The notes beneath the pieces are model-generated. The model saw only the letters and a list, made by a program, of their open reading frames with translations, was not told the DNA's origin and did no database searches. A stretch of 64,000 bases of DNA from Octopus vulgaris. Lineage: Eukaryota. The stretch's first letter is position 1; each line of letters starts with the position of its first letter. Where the stretch lies: contig OX597820.1 in the NCBI GenBank assembly GCA_951406725.2, positions 55,924,001-55,988,000 on the forward strand. Reading direction: 5' to 3'. Positions 39,182-52,623 of the stretch are shown here, piece by piece. A program made the translations under genes and the position numbers.

Positions 39182-39574
39182 GGCGTAGGAGTGGCTGTGT
39201 GGTAAGTAGCTTGCTTACCAACCACATGGTTCCAGGTTCAGTCCCACTGAGTGGCATCTTGAGCAAATGTTTTCTGCTATAGCCCCGGGCCGACCAATGT
39301 CTTGTGACGGAAATTGAAAGAAGCCTGTCGTATATATGTATATATATATATATGTATGTGTGTGTGTATGTTTGTGTGTCTGTGTTTGTCCCCCTAGCAT
39401 TGCTTGACAACCGATGCTGGTGTGTTTATGTCCCCATCACTTAGCGGTTCGGCAAAAGAGACCGATAGAATAACTACTGGGCTTACAAAGAATAAGTCCC
39501 GGGGTCGATTTGCTCGACTAAAGGTGGTGCTCTAGCATGGCTGCAGTCAAATGACTGAAACAAGTAAAAGAGAG
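39182..39574 (+). mobile_element. Near full-length tRNA-derived SINE (family also at ~3298, 17415, 21057, 21620-22015, 23620-23990, 30066, 30720-31110, 31850, 32935, 47760, 55760-56078)
   Basis: A-box-like TGGCTGTGTGGT, B-box-like GGTTCAGTCCC, internal (TA/TG)n tract, many diverged copies in both orientations. Confidence 0.9.
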
Positions 39575-39959
39575 TACATATATACAACCTTCATCTATTT
39601 ATAGTATACAACTATGAATATGCTGTCAGTGTTATTGTTGTTGTTGTTATTGTCATTCTCCTCTTCCTCCTTCTTTTATGTCTGCTTTCCATGCTGGTAT
39701 GGGTTGGAAAGGTCATAGTCTGATTCAATACTTCATTTGAAGTAACAGAGGATCACGGTTCACGCATATGCTCTATTTATATATGCATGTAAGTACACAT
39801 CCACACACACACACTTCCACATGTATAACCTATTTCTATTTAAATGGATATAATTGTGCATATATGTATATGTAAATGTATGTATGTATGTTTGTATGCA
39901 TACACAGGAATGAATGATAAATGAATGACAAATCAAAGGAAAAAAAAAAAATTGAATGA

Positions 39960-40238
39960 AAGGGAATGAGGAAAAAGAGAAAGTGAGAAAAAGTAACAAA
40001 GGTGAGAATGAGAGACAGAGAGAAAGGTAGAGGGAGAGAGAGAGAAGCTACGATTAAGAGAAAAAGTGAAAGGGAGAAGGAAAGAGAAGGAGAGAAAACT
40101 ATGATTGAGAGAGAAAGACCATGAGGAAGAGAGAAAGTGAGATGCAGACAAATAAAGATAGATAGATAGGGAGAGAGGGATAGAGAGGAGGGAGAGAGAA
40201 AAAGACCATGAATAAAAGAAAACATGAGAGGGAGACAA

Positions 40239-40301
<63 letters not shown>

Positions 40302-40423
40302 AGCTATGATTAAGAGAAAAAGTGAAAGGGAGACAAACATAGAGGGAGAAGGAAAGAGAAAGAGAGAAAACTATGATTGAGAGAGAAAGACCACGAGGAA
40401 GAGAAATTGGTAGATAGATAGAT

Positions 40424-40465
<42 letters not shown>

Positions 40466-40555
40466 TAATGATTGAGAGAGGAAGATGAATAAGAGAAAAC
40501 ATGAGAGGGAGACAAATATATATATAGAGAGAGAGAGAAAGAGAGGGAAGGAAAG
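39960..40555. repeat. (GA)n-rich purine tract with internal ~100-bp duplications
   Basis: Read directly from the sequence. Confidence 0.9.
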
Positions 40556-40565
40556 AGCTGTTTAC

Positions 40566-40668
40566 CTGATAGAACTTCATCTATTGTAGCGTACTGGGAC
40601 TTTTTGAACCTTTCATTCAAGTTGGCCACACTGTGAGGTCTATCATCACATCGGTACATCTTTGATTC
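40566..40668 (-). CDS. Rab11-FIP internal exon (ESKMYRCDDRPHSVANLNERFKKSQYATIDEVLS)
   Basis: ccatctttcag acceptor (phase 0), G|gtaaac donor (phase 1), open 103 nt. Confidence 0.8.
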
Positions 40669-42547
40669 CTGAAAGATGGAAAATAAGGAGACTTTGTAGA
40701 AGAAAGAAGCGATGGCGGAACAATGTTCCACTCTAAGCTGTGTCTGTATGTCTAGAAACATTAAACCATATCTACAACTGTATGTAGATTAAGTGTGATG
40801 TCTGCATGCATATGCATATTAAAACGTGTCTGCATGTGTGTACATATATTATGGAATTAAAGGGAATGAAATAACACATGCAAATATATAAAATAAAAAT
40901 AATCAATTGAATACACTTGTATTGTGTATAATTTATAGTCCCTTTGCATCTCTAAAATCACCAGATTATTTATACTTTAATCAATGATATCAGACTTATT
41001 TCTTAAAAAAGATATAAAATACTATTCTTTAATATTTATGGCATATATGGATAAGACATGTTTAATATCTTCACATATTGAACATTCATCATACAAGGTA
41101 GATAAAGCTACGCACAAAAAAGAAAGAAAAAAATTAATAAAGTGTGATGTACTGAAAACCCTAGGTAACAAAAAAAAAAAAAAAGGAAATAAAGAAAATT
41201 TAAATTGATTCAAATTTCCCTCAGTTGGGGAAAGAAAATGAAAACCTAATAAATAATTGTTAGTAATATTCATAGAAAAGGGGGAGATAACTTAAAAAAT
41301 TTAATAAATTTCTCAAATTAATTTATGTGGTTTGGCAAAGGACAGCATAACCTTTGTTTGCAAACAAAGGTCAACCATGGATATATGTTTCAATATAGTT
41401 GACCTTGTCAGCATACTATAGTGTAACTAAGCTTGCAGATAAGTTCACAAATTTTCCACATTCAGAAAAAGTGTTACTAGATATTTTTGCTTAGAATAAA
41501 CTGCACCTCCCACTCACAAAAAACACACACATTTGTTCAAAATAAATACCTGCTTTATAGTCATCATGTTTTATATGATTTATTTAATGCAAAAACATCT
41601 GCTTATTAAAATGTACCAGTATTTTATTTTAGTATTATTAAAAGGTGTTGTTTTATTCAGTTCAGCCAGTGGATTGTGACTATGCTGGGTTACTACTTTC
41701 AAAGATTTAAATCAGTCATATCAACCACAATACTAATTCCAGTCAGATAGATCTTTATACATAAAATGACTAAGTTACTACTTTTTCAATGCAAAGGATA
41801 TTGCTTGACTTGCTGTTTTAGACCAGCACACCCATGACTAATGACCGAGACCTTTGGAAATATGCTGTGTGTGAGGAGACCCGGCAGGACAAGTGAGACT
41901 ATAACCTGTGGCTTTTACCAGGGATGTAGCCAGCCCACCTATGCATACCTTTCCTTCTTTGGACACAAAACTCTGCTGCGAAGACCTGTTGAGGTAAGTG
42001 AAATCGAAATTGAATTCAAAATCAAACCAAATCCGACAACTGGCACCCATGCCAACCTCCCTTCATTGGACACTAAACTCTGCATGCGAAGACCTGTTGG
42101 GGCAAGTGAAATCGAAATTGAACCAAATTCGATGACTAGCACCTGTGCCAGTGTAGCTGTCTGGCTTCCGTGCCGGTGGACACGTAAAAAGCACCATTTG
42201 AGTGTGATCATTACCAGCATCGCCTTACTGGCACATGAACAAAGCATTCGAATGAGGTCGTTGCCAGTGCCGCTGGACTGACACCTGTGCAGGTAGCGCA
42301 TAAAAAACACCATTTCGAGCGTGGCCGTTGCCAGTACCGCCTGACTGGCCCCCGTGTTGGTGGCACGTAAAAAGCACCCACTACACACTCGGAGTGGTTG
42401 GTTTTAGGAAGGGCATCCAGCTGTAGAAACTCTGCCAGATCAGATTGGAGCCTGGTGCAGCCATCTGGTTTGCCAGTCCTCAGTCAAATCAATCAACCCA
42501 TGCTAGCATGGAAAGCAGACATTAAATGATGATGAAGAAGATGATGA

Positions 42548-42589
<42 letters not shown>

Positions 42590-43151
42590 CATATATATTG
42601 GCAGAGTCCCAAATACTAACCCACTGTCTTGGAATTGAACTTGAAATAAGTTTAGATGTGGAAGTACTTGTAAACACTAAACAAGATCTTGTCAAGGACT
42701 GATGATATCAGTAAGCAACTAACCATTCAGGTTCCAGGAAAACACATTGTAAATAATCTCACCATTTTTGAGGTAAACATCATATTGGGATGTCATTAAC
42801 AGTTTTGTCGTTGGCACCTTTTCTGTGACAGACAGTGAAGACAAATTGCTGCACAGGAATTTATACCACTCTATTACAATCTACAGTCATTATTGACACA
42901 TCTTGCATAGCATAGACACGTGAACTGACTCATTAAGTGTAACTATATTCTTTTTTACTGTCATCATAACATTTCTTTGTTAATGATTAATAAATATTTT
43001 TGTATTTGGACCGCATTTAGATTTTTGTACAGTCAACCAACCAAATATTTTGACATTACAAATATATATATATATGTATATATACATACATACATACATA
43101 CATACATATATGTATGTATGTATGTACGTACGTGCGTGCATGCATGCATGC

Positions 43152-43182
<31 letters not shown>

Positions 43183-45195
43183 CTAAGGTCTTTTGCACAG
43201 TTTCTGCCTGTCAAATTTTACTCATAAAAAGTTGTTTGACACAAGGTTCAAGTAGAACACACTTGCCCAAAGTGCCATACAGTAGGATCAAAACTGGAAC
43301 AGTCTGGTTGCAAATTCAACTTCTTAATCACACAGCTAAGCCTGTGTCAATAAAAATGTTTATATATGATGTCATATTTACATTCCTTCTCACATAAACC
43401 TTCAGTATCTGCAGATATCATCCAGTCAAGTCTCATATCTTAGTTTATTGAGACACCTTTGAAGATGTTGTCTTCATAGAGTAATTAATTGGGAAGAATA
43501 AACTGGAATAGAAAACTAGTCCATTAGAAAATCTCTGTTCAAGATAGAAGCAGTATACGAACCAAAAAGTATTGCCTATTTTGTAACCAGAACCACATTA
43601 ATGTTGTCATAAGCAATACTTTTAAACTGGAATCATTTTGTTCATTGCATTCTACTGATTAAATAATTTGAACCCAAGATGGAAAGCAAGCAAATTATAG
43701 GTCAATTTTACAGTGTTGCCATTACTTGCCATCTTGTAATATCATCTTTGAATGCTAAGTAAGTAAAAAAATGTAAATACTGTCTTAAGTTTCAGGGCTC
43801 ATTTGAGCAGTTATCCAGTTTCCAGGGCATATAAGTAACAGAATTCACAACATTTCTGGATGGGACACCAGTCATGTATTGCAGAGTTACTCATTTGTAG
43901 TTGAGTGGACTGGACTAATGTGAAATGTAGTGTCTTGTTCAAAAACGCAACACACCACCCTGCCTGGGAATTGAAACCATGACTTTTGCGATTGTGAGTG
44001 CAACAACCTAACCACTAGGCCATGTGCCTTCCCTGAGTGCTAAAAGCCTTGGTCATAAACACATTTCAATAGAAATGCCAGGATATGAACCATTGATTCC
44101 TTGGCTACCCTATAAACCAAACAGTCATCTAATCTGATCTTCCTTGTCTCTCTAAAGAATTAAGTGTTAAGGACAGAGACTTGAGGTTCCTTATGGAAAT
44201 AACAGTTGTTCTTTCTACTAAAAGAGTCAAAGCCAGGTCTGTGCAGAATATGGCTGAAAATAGATTTTTACCACTATCCGTGGGTGCCTCAGGGAAAAAA
44301 TAAGTTGACAAAACCCAGATAGGGTGTTGATGAATGTCCTCCTAAAATTGGAGCGACATGCGTGCTAATTTGTGGACGTGCATAAATTACAATCACGTAT
44401 ACACACACACACACACACACACACATACACATCATGCCTTTTATAGATACAGATGCTTTCCATGTTACTTTTTTTGTACCCATTCTGCAGATTCTGCACA
44501 CAAGCCTAACTGATGTAATGAGCATTGTTCAACCATGTTGGAGATAGGAGCTGTGTGTGAAACTGATCAAATGTGCCTGCACCTTGTTGTAACATATGCC
44601 TTTCAGAGCACCTTTTGCATCGCACATGCACACACACACATACGCACACACACATACGCACACACACATATGCACACACACACATACGCACACACACACA
44701 CACACACACGCATATGGTTCAGTTGTAATATTAGAGCTTTTTCCATTGTTTCCAGAATGTTCCTATGTATGTTTGATGTGTGTTTTAAAGCAACTGAAGA
44801 TCCAGCAATAATGATAACAAACTCTTCACTTTTGCTTATTTTAATTGCTCTAATTTCATTTATATTAAACTGTTTCATAGTTTCTGATGAATCTTTTCTA
44901 TTCTGAGTTCATTTAAAGTACAAAATTGTATTTCCAGAGAAATTAACTTGGGTTGCATTCAAAATTTTATTATACAATCAGGAAAATAATTAACAAAATA
45001 TTAAGCAAAAATTTTAATTTTTGAGATAGTTCACATTGTGATGTTCCTCATGAACAAAGATGTGAAATGAAAATATAAATGAAAGGGACATTTTTCAAAA
45101 ACATGTAATACCAAAATATAAATGTCAAAGTGCTGGTTCTAATATATATAAAAAAAAAAACCCAAAGCATTTCAACCCAAACCGAATATTGTTAT

Positions 45196-45392
45196 GTATT
45201 GCATTTCCTGGCATACAAGTCAACATAGTATGTAGTGTAAACATTGAAACATTGTCACCATCCTTCCAAATCCTGCTACATTCCACATGAAATTTTTGGT
45301 CCTTTAAAGTTGTCTGAGTGTAAGTCAACCTACCTTTTCCAGTTGTAAATTTTGGTTTGAAAAATTTGACTTGTATGCCAGAAAATATGGTA
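45196..45392. mobile_element. Tc1/pogo-like MITE
   Basis: TIR-like ctggcatacaagtcaa / ttgacttgtatgccag; a related end at ~46201-46233. Confidence 0.55.
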
Positions 45393-45406
45393 TACGTGTG
45401 TGTGTG

Positions 45407-45453
<47 letters not shown>

Positions 45454-45498
45454 AATATATATGCATATATATATATATTTATATATAGATGGGTGTGT

Positions 45499-45541
<43 letters not shown>

Positions 45542-46881
45542 CATACATTTATACTCGCGGGCCAAGTCACTGAGAGACCTTTGGTACAATATCACAGTCC
45601 CTGCTTTATCAACATGAGGCTAAAATATATTCATGAAAACTATCATATCAAACTTGGCTACAATATTATTCTCAGGTATGCCATCTGGGAACTTCATTCA
45701 ACATATATGTCAGCCCAGTGGGAATCTACACTAAACAACACTAGTTTCCACAAATAGCGAAATAAAATAAAGCAAAAAGAAAGAATATTATTTGCAGAAA
45801 AACAAAACACAAACAGAAGAAATTGAGCGTGTAAGTGAATGAGAGAAGAAAAAAAAGCAACAGTTTCAGAAAAGTAAAAGTTGAACAGAAAAAGTTATTA
45901 AGTTAATCAGTTAACATCAATTATATTCTAAACTATCAAACATTTATTAGCTGATTTGAAAGTCATATTTTGCCATACCGTGTTAACATCAATACTATTC
46001 TCTATATTTATATACATATGTTTTGAGTTTTGATAATCATATTTTTGAGCACACAAGGTGACATGGTATATAGTTGTATAAACTTTCAAATATTGTTACT
46101 ATCCTTTGAATCCTACTGCATTTCATATGGAACCTTTGGTCCTCCAAAGCTGTCTTGCGGTATAAGTTGACTTATCTTTTTGGGCCTAAATTTTGGTATG
46201 AAAAATTTGACTTGAATGCCAAGAAAAATGGTATATGCAGGAATTTTACTGTAACTATCTTATTTTTACACTTAATCTTTTCCTTCTTAGAACTTTGGAC
46301 TTCTGAAATCCCCATTCTGTTTATATCTCTCCTAGAGGTGTTATATTAATGGCATTGATTTCACCAATCTAAGAGGAAGGCCTGCAAAGGCCATTTTCTT
46401 CAGACTCAACAAATGAAAAAAACAACAAAAAGCATTATAATTAAACCTTGTTGAAGCAACAATACTGACTTATAAACAGACATAAGGCAATACATTTTGG
46501 GGCAGAGGACATAGTCAATTAAATCTGTCTAAGTACTTGACTGGTAATTTGTTTTATCCATTCAGTAAGTATGAAAGACAAAGTTGAAATCAAGAGAATT
46601 TGAAATCAGAACTTAAAAGGCCACAACTAAATTACTGACTTATGCCATTTTGCTTCCTATGCAATTTTTTTTCTACTATTCTCAACTCTGGGCTATCTTC
46701 AGAGCCATTACCTTAATATCGTGGGGGAGAGGAGCACCCCTTGAGGGAAGGGTTCTCTCACCCAGGTCTTGTTGGTTTTGAATTGTCATTGATGCTTTTG
46801 TAACACCCTCTACTTTTTTACAAGGTAGGGGTGTTGGCCCTGTGTATATCCATTGTTTGCTCTGGGAAGAGGTGGTCCACA

Positions 46882-47081
46882 CGAGGGGGTGCTGAAAAGT
46901 TCCTGGCATTAAGGGTATCACAAAAGGCCTGGTTGGAGGTCTTACCTTCCAAGTTCTTTTACAGGGCTTAGGAAAACTGTGTGTGAATCTGAGAGGGGGA
47001 TTATGTTAAATAAAATCATAATTAACTGACTCCTGCCCTTTTTTTTTTACCCAAAGCAAGGAACTTTTCAGCATCCCCTTG
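46882..47081. mobile_element. Mariner-type MITE (200 bp)
   Basis: TIRs CGAGGGGGTGCTGAAAAGTTCCTGGC / GCAAGGAACTTTTCAGCATCCCCTTG; CA and TA flanks. Confidence 0.85.
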
Positions 47082-48553
47082 TATTGCTTTAGCTTCTGTC
47101 CTTTGACCCGTTCAGCAAAGGAGATTCCACCAGGAGCTTGTACTCCATTGGCATAACTCTCAGAGTCATTGAGGCCCACAAGTCACACTACATTGCAACA
47201 AGGACTGGACCTTGTGGTGGCCATAACTAAATACCACAAAGTAGTTTGTTCAGCACTAATGTTTCTACCAATTCTCTGCCTTATTTTATTGAGAATTGTA
47301 TTACATTTTCTTACACTGGTCTCTATCATAGAACTGGAGCCATACTGGTGCACTACCTTGATGGATCTTAGTTAATCCCTTTGACCTCACTTCGGTCTGA
47401 TACTTAATTTAATGATTTCTTTTTCATCAAATGACTAAGTTACAATTTGAAATAAAAGGAGGCAACATAACACACCTGTTTACACTGGTTCACACCAACA
47501 CACACACCAACACACATACACTGACACACATACACTGACACACACACAGACAATGGGATTTTGCATAGCTTCTGTCTACCAAATTCCACTCACAAGACAC
47601 TGGTTAATTCAAGGCAACATCAGAAGACACTTCGTTAAGATGTCACGCAGTGAGATTGAACTCAAAATCGCATGATTGCAAAATTAACATACCATTTTCC
47701 CCCCCTTTGCATTTGCTTTCTTGTGGTTTTCATAACTTAATACACATTCTTTTGTCCTCCATACTAGCTTCAGTCATTGGACGGTAGCCATGCCGTGGCA
47801 CTGCCTTGAAGGATTTAGTCAAATAAATCAATCCCAGGACTTATTTTTAATGTCTGGTACTTAATCTATCAGTTTCTGTTTTTGGTCAGACTGCTAAGTT
47901 ATGGGGATGTAAACAACAGAACACTTGTCAAGAAGTGGGGCAGACAAACACAAATACAAATACAAAGACATACACACACACATTTATGAATGAGTTTCCA
48001 CACAGCTTCCATCTACAAAATTCACTCACAAAGTTTTGGTTGGCCTGGAGCTATAGTAGATATATGATTTATGTCCAATGTGTACTGTGATTGAACCCAA
48101 AACCACCATGGTTGCAAAGTGAGCTTCTTAACCACACAGTCATGCCTGTACATGTACATAAATCAGACAGTGTTTCAAGTCAAGTAGATGATTTAACAGA
48201 CAATAGCAAATCAAGACTCATTGGCTGGAAGATAAATGTGATTATATAAGGAATATGATTCTTTCAAGAATATTGGCAACCCACCTTATGTAACAAAATG
48301 CATAATCTGACACATTCATGATAGTCTGTGAGGGCAACAGTAAGTAAATAGGAGAGATTTCAATAAGTTCAGTTACTGTGAAGGGTGAAGAATCTTATGT
48401 TTTAGGCTTATGCCATTAGTCTGAGAATGAGAAAGAGAGAACTTATATCCACATGAAACCATGTCCTCCCTTTCCCTTCTTCATTCTGACAAAGGGTAAG
48501 AGCTTGAAACACTTGATTTTTCACTCCTCATAGCAAAAGTTTGAATTTATTAA

Positions 48554-48998
48554 CCCTTTTGATACCTCGCTGCCTGAAATTGGTTCTGTGATACAAACTT
48601 ATGATACCATTTTTATTGATCTAAATCAGGGGTTTTCAACCAGGGTCCTAGTAAAGATTTAAATTTATATGCAATAAATTGGTTGTACTTCTACAATGCA
48701 GAAAATATCTTAAGTTTTTTTTTTTTTATACAATCCTAATAATATTGAATTAGAAAGATATAATTTTTTAAACACTGAATGGCTATGGAGGTCCATTGTA
48801 AAATAGGAATCAGAGTAAAATCATAGATAAAAAATAGTTGAAATTAAAATTAAAACATTCCATTAAAATTTCATGTTAATCTATGTTCTAAACACCAGTT
48901 TAATAACAATAAAGTTAATTAACCAAATTCTTCATGATTTCCAAAAATGAATTAAAACAAAAGCAGTGTATTTCAACAGAAATATGGTAACAAAAGGG
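48554..48998. mobile_element. piggyBac-like MITE with a nested hAT-like fragment (~48627-48845)
   Basis: TTAA-CCCTTTTGATACC ... GGTAACAAAAGGG-TCAA. Confidence 0.65.
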
Positions 48999-49299
48999 TC
49001 AAAGTCTTCTCAGAAATTGTATATAATTATGATTTGTAGGGGAGAGATATAGCCAACAGAATTTACTTCAGTGCTTTCTTGTTATAATTTTATTAAACCC
49101 AGGGAAATGAAAAGCCAAGTTGAACCCAATAAAAGGTTTAGATTGAGAAGTAGAAGGGGAATCAATACTCTTAGGTATTTCATCCAATGTTTTACCATTT
49201 CTGTCACTTCATCATACTCAACCTACTTGTAAGAAAAATACTCAGCAGCAAATGCAAACACACAAAAAAAATAGCAATAAGCGAATGTGGATGGCAATG

Positions 49300-50210
49300 G
49301 TGTTGACTGGTGATTGAAAGGACCGATGATGGTGGCAATGAAGTTGCTGATAATATTTATGATTGTGATGATGATGACGATGATGATGATGATGATGGTT
49401 GTGGTGGTGACGAAGAAGATGGTAATAAAGATAATAATGATGATAATGATGGTGATGATGATGGTTGTGGTGGTGATGAAGAAGAAGATGATGAGAGTTA
49501 TAATGATGACAAAGATGCTTATATGATGATGACAGAGATGGTGATGATGATGATGACAATGATGATGATGATGACAATGATGATGATGGTCATGGTGGTG
49601 TTGCTGAGGAGAAAGAAGAAGAAGAAGAAGGTGAGAATGATAATGACGACAAAGATGGTGATGGTGATAATTATGATGATGATGATGATAAAGAAGACGA
49701 AGAAGAATGAGAGGAAGAAGAAGGTGTTAATGATAATGATAACAAGGATGATTATCATAATGATAGTTGTGATACTGTGATGATAAAAATGGTGACAGTG
49801 ATAATAATGATGATGATTATGGATGGTGATGACTGATAATGAGATGATATATACAGATTGGCCATAAATTATCTTTACAATTTGAAAAGTTCAGAAAAAA
49901 AAAAGATGACTCAGCAGAATTTATTGGAAAACACAAATAAAGTTTTACTAGAAATATCAGAATACTTCCAGATGAGTATTCAAATTGTAAAGGTAATTTA
50001 TGTCACCCTGTATATATGATGATGATGATGACAATGATGGTGATGATGATGATGCTGGTGGTGGTGGTTGTAGTGATGCCAGTGTTGAAATGATGGTGAT
50101 GCTGCTGATGGCAATGATGATGCTGATGATGGTGATGTTCTAGATGATGATCCTGATGATGATGGTGGTGGTGGTGATAATGATGATGATGATGATTATG
50201 ATAATAAAGC
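49300..50210. repeat. Degenerate (GAT/GGT/GAA)n low-complexity tract
   Basis: Read directly; source of the poly-M/D/H ORFs. Confidence 0.95.
49854..50010. mobile_element. Tc1-like MITE inserted in a (GAT)n tract
   Basis: TA-flanked TIRs cagattggccataaattatctttacaatttgaa / ttcaaattgtaaaggtaatttatgtcaccctg. Confidence 0.8.
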
Positions 50211-52316
50211 AACTGAAAGATTTAAAAAAAAATTTTTTCCATGATGGTGGTCATATGGGCAAAGCGATTAAGAAAGAAAACTTGCAAAAAGCCAAAAGAA
50301 GCAAAAAAATGTGGAGATGAAGAAATTTATGAGCAGGAGAGGCACGCCTTTTTGACATTTAAAAAAAAATCTTTTGAGAGATATGAGGCTTGGAAGGAGC
50401 TCGAAGAACAGGGAGCAGAATGTGGGGCCTCCTATTTGAATAAATAGGAAAAGAAAACAAGGAAAAGGTGCAAGGTAACTGGTAGACAAGAGGCATGCGA
50501 AACATTGAAGATGGCTACAAACCAAATATGCCATGGTCAAAGGTGTGCAGGAGGCCTGCTGATGCAAGGGTTGTTGAGTCATAAATATATTATCAGCAGA
50601 TTTACTGCAGCCTGTGTTTTTGCTAGACATATGAAGTTCATCTTTTGATGACCTAAAGTCTAAAACCTGCCAATAAAGAATGAGAAACTGCAACATTAAT
50701 ATTGTCCAAAACTTTCACGAACTGTGTCTCTGTAAAGATTTTTTTTTAAAAAGATGTGGTGACAGTGTTCATAGATGGTATGTAAGAAAATGAATGAAAA
50801 CAAATGAAAAATGACAATGGTCTGTTTTGTTTGCTCCCCACATCTTATGGTAGGTTTTTTTAAATATACATTGCAATGAAAATGTTTTTAGAGAGTTATC
50901 ACTCCTATCTTAAAGCAATTCTAAATACACTCATATATTCTCTGGCATATTACATAATATATATGAACTATAACCTGTCATTATAGAACTAGCTAGCCTT
51001 CTTTGATCGTTGTACTACTAAAAATCAGGCCCTCTTCCAGGTTATAGCGAGTACAAAATATGTTTGTTAAATGGTGAATAGAACTTGAGAAAGGTAAACT
51101 AGTCTTAATGTATGTCCATCTGTATATGTATGTACATATATAGTTAATGTCGTAAGAATTCAGAAATTTTGAGAGAACACGAAACAGTTCTTTTTTGGAG
51201 TGGTGAAACCTGAAACAGATAAAGTTATGAATAATATTTACATGCTATTACTTATGGTTTCAACTTTCACCACTCCAAAAAAAGAAACAAAATTTTATAT
51301 ACATACACATATTTATACATGTCAATATATTAATATTTGCTTTTATTTATAGTAATATATAAAAACAGAGGGACATTAACTGAAGGATCACCAAATATAT
51401 TTTAGTAGAGTACCACATTTAATTTTACAAGATTGATAGTGACTTCGAAGTTCTATCAGTGATTGGTATTATCAGATAATTCTGATGAATTCAATAACTG
51501 GAGACACTTCAAAGTCATTTTCAAACTTTTCCTTATAAAAATGCATAAATACATAAATGCATCCATACATAACTCACACACACACACACACACACACACA
51601 TATGGAGGTGTATAATATCTCAGTTTTATCATCATTGCATTGACTATCCTCTATCTCTTCACTTTCTCTCCGTCTGTGCCTCTCTCTTTCCTTTCCATAA
51701 ACATGCAAGGCCATGTGACTATCTATATTCACTGGCAAAGAGTTAAAGTTATATAACATTAACATGCTTGTACCTAACAACTAACAAACTGTGAGTGGCA
51801 GAAGCAAGATGAGAATTTTAAATTCAGTATCTCAATTTTATTATCTTTATATTATATATCACTCTGCTACCTCACTTCACTCTTTCATTTATAAACACAG
51901 GCTGTTTTTATATGCAGTGTAGCATGTTTTGAGATGGTATACCCACCTGTCTGACTCCCCACTTAAGCATGACAACTTCCTCATGAGTATTTGAGAATGT
52001 TTTGATATGCACTTCTATGTAACACTGTAGAGAAAGCTGTATTCTTAATCACACAGGATACCCTTGAAAAGTTTGTCTCTACCCTTGCCCATAAAATGGA
52101 ACCAGCCTTTTTTAGTGAAGTTATACTAGATCATCAAGATGGCCCACTAGTCCAGTACTCTGCAGTTGGTATGCTGTGGCACACAGGTGTGCCACAAGAT
52201 GATGCAAGGTGTGCCATGGTGTAACCCAGATATAACTTTTTTCTCCATACTTTTATTTCGTATTTGGATTTGGTTTGCAAGTTTCTTTATATGAGTTCAT
52301 GTGTTGAAGCATATTC

Positions 52317-52623
52317 TGTTGTGTCTGGGGAGAGTCATTCTCTTTTTGTGCCTTATAATTTAACACACTCACCAGTAAAATTTCCACTTGTTTCTAATTT
52401 TTATTTTCCTAAAATTTTCGTTGCGTCTTGCAACCTTTTCAATAGTCTTGACTCTGTCCATTATTTACACTGCGTTCCTTTTATATATGAACTATATATA
52501 TTTCGTTGCAAGACGCAACGAAAATTTTAGGAAAATAAAAGTAAGAAATAAGTGGAAATTTTATTGGTGAGTGTGTTAAATTATAAAGCACAAAAAGAAA
52601 ATGACTCTCCCCAGACACAACAG
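52317..52623. repeat. Inverted repeat, ~118-bp arms, ~70-nt spacer, nested in a hAT-like MITE (~52153-52718)
   Basis: ctgttgtgtctggggagagtcatt...gcgtcttgcaac / gttgcaagacgc...aatgactctccccagacacaacag; outer TIRs cagtactctgca / tgcagagcactg. Confidence 0.9.

Noticed and set aside
39182-39260. tRNA-like A and B boxes
   Set aside because: SINE head; I could not find a cloverleaf or acceptor stem.
45330-45392. Minus-strand AAAG|gtaggt donor with an open frame
   Set aside because: Lies inside a MITE end and has no credible acceptor.
50235-50830. Coding-looking stretch (…YEQERHAF…YEAWKELE…)
   Set aside because: Stops or frameshifts in every frame and antisense to the host gene; probably an old transposon remnant I cannot assign.
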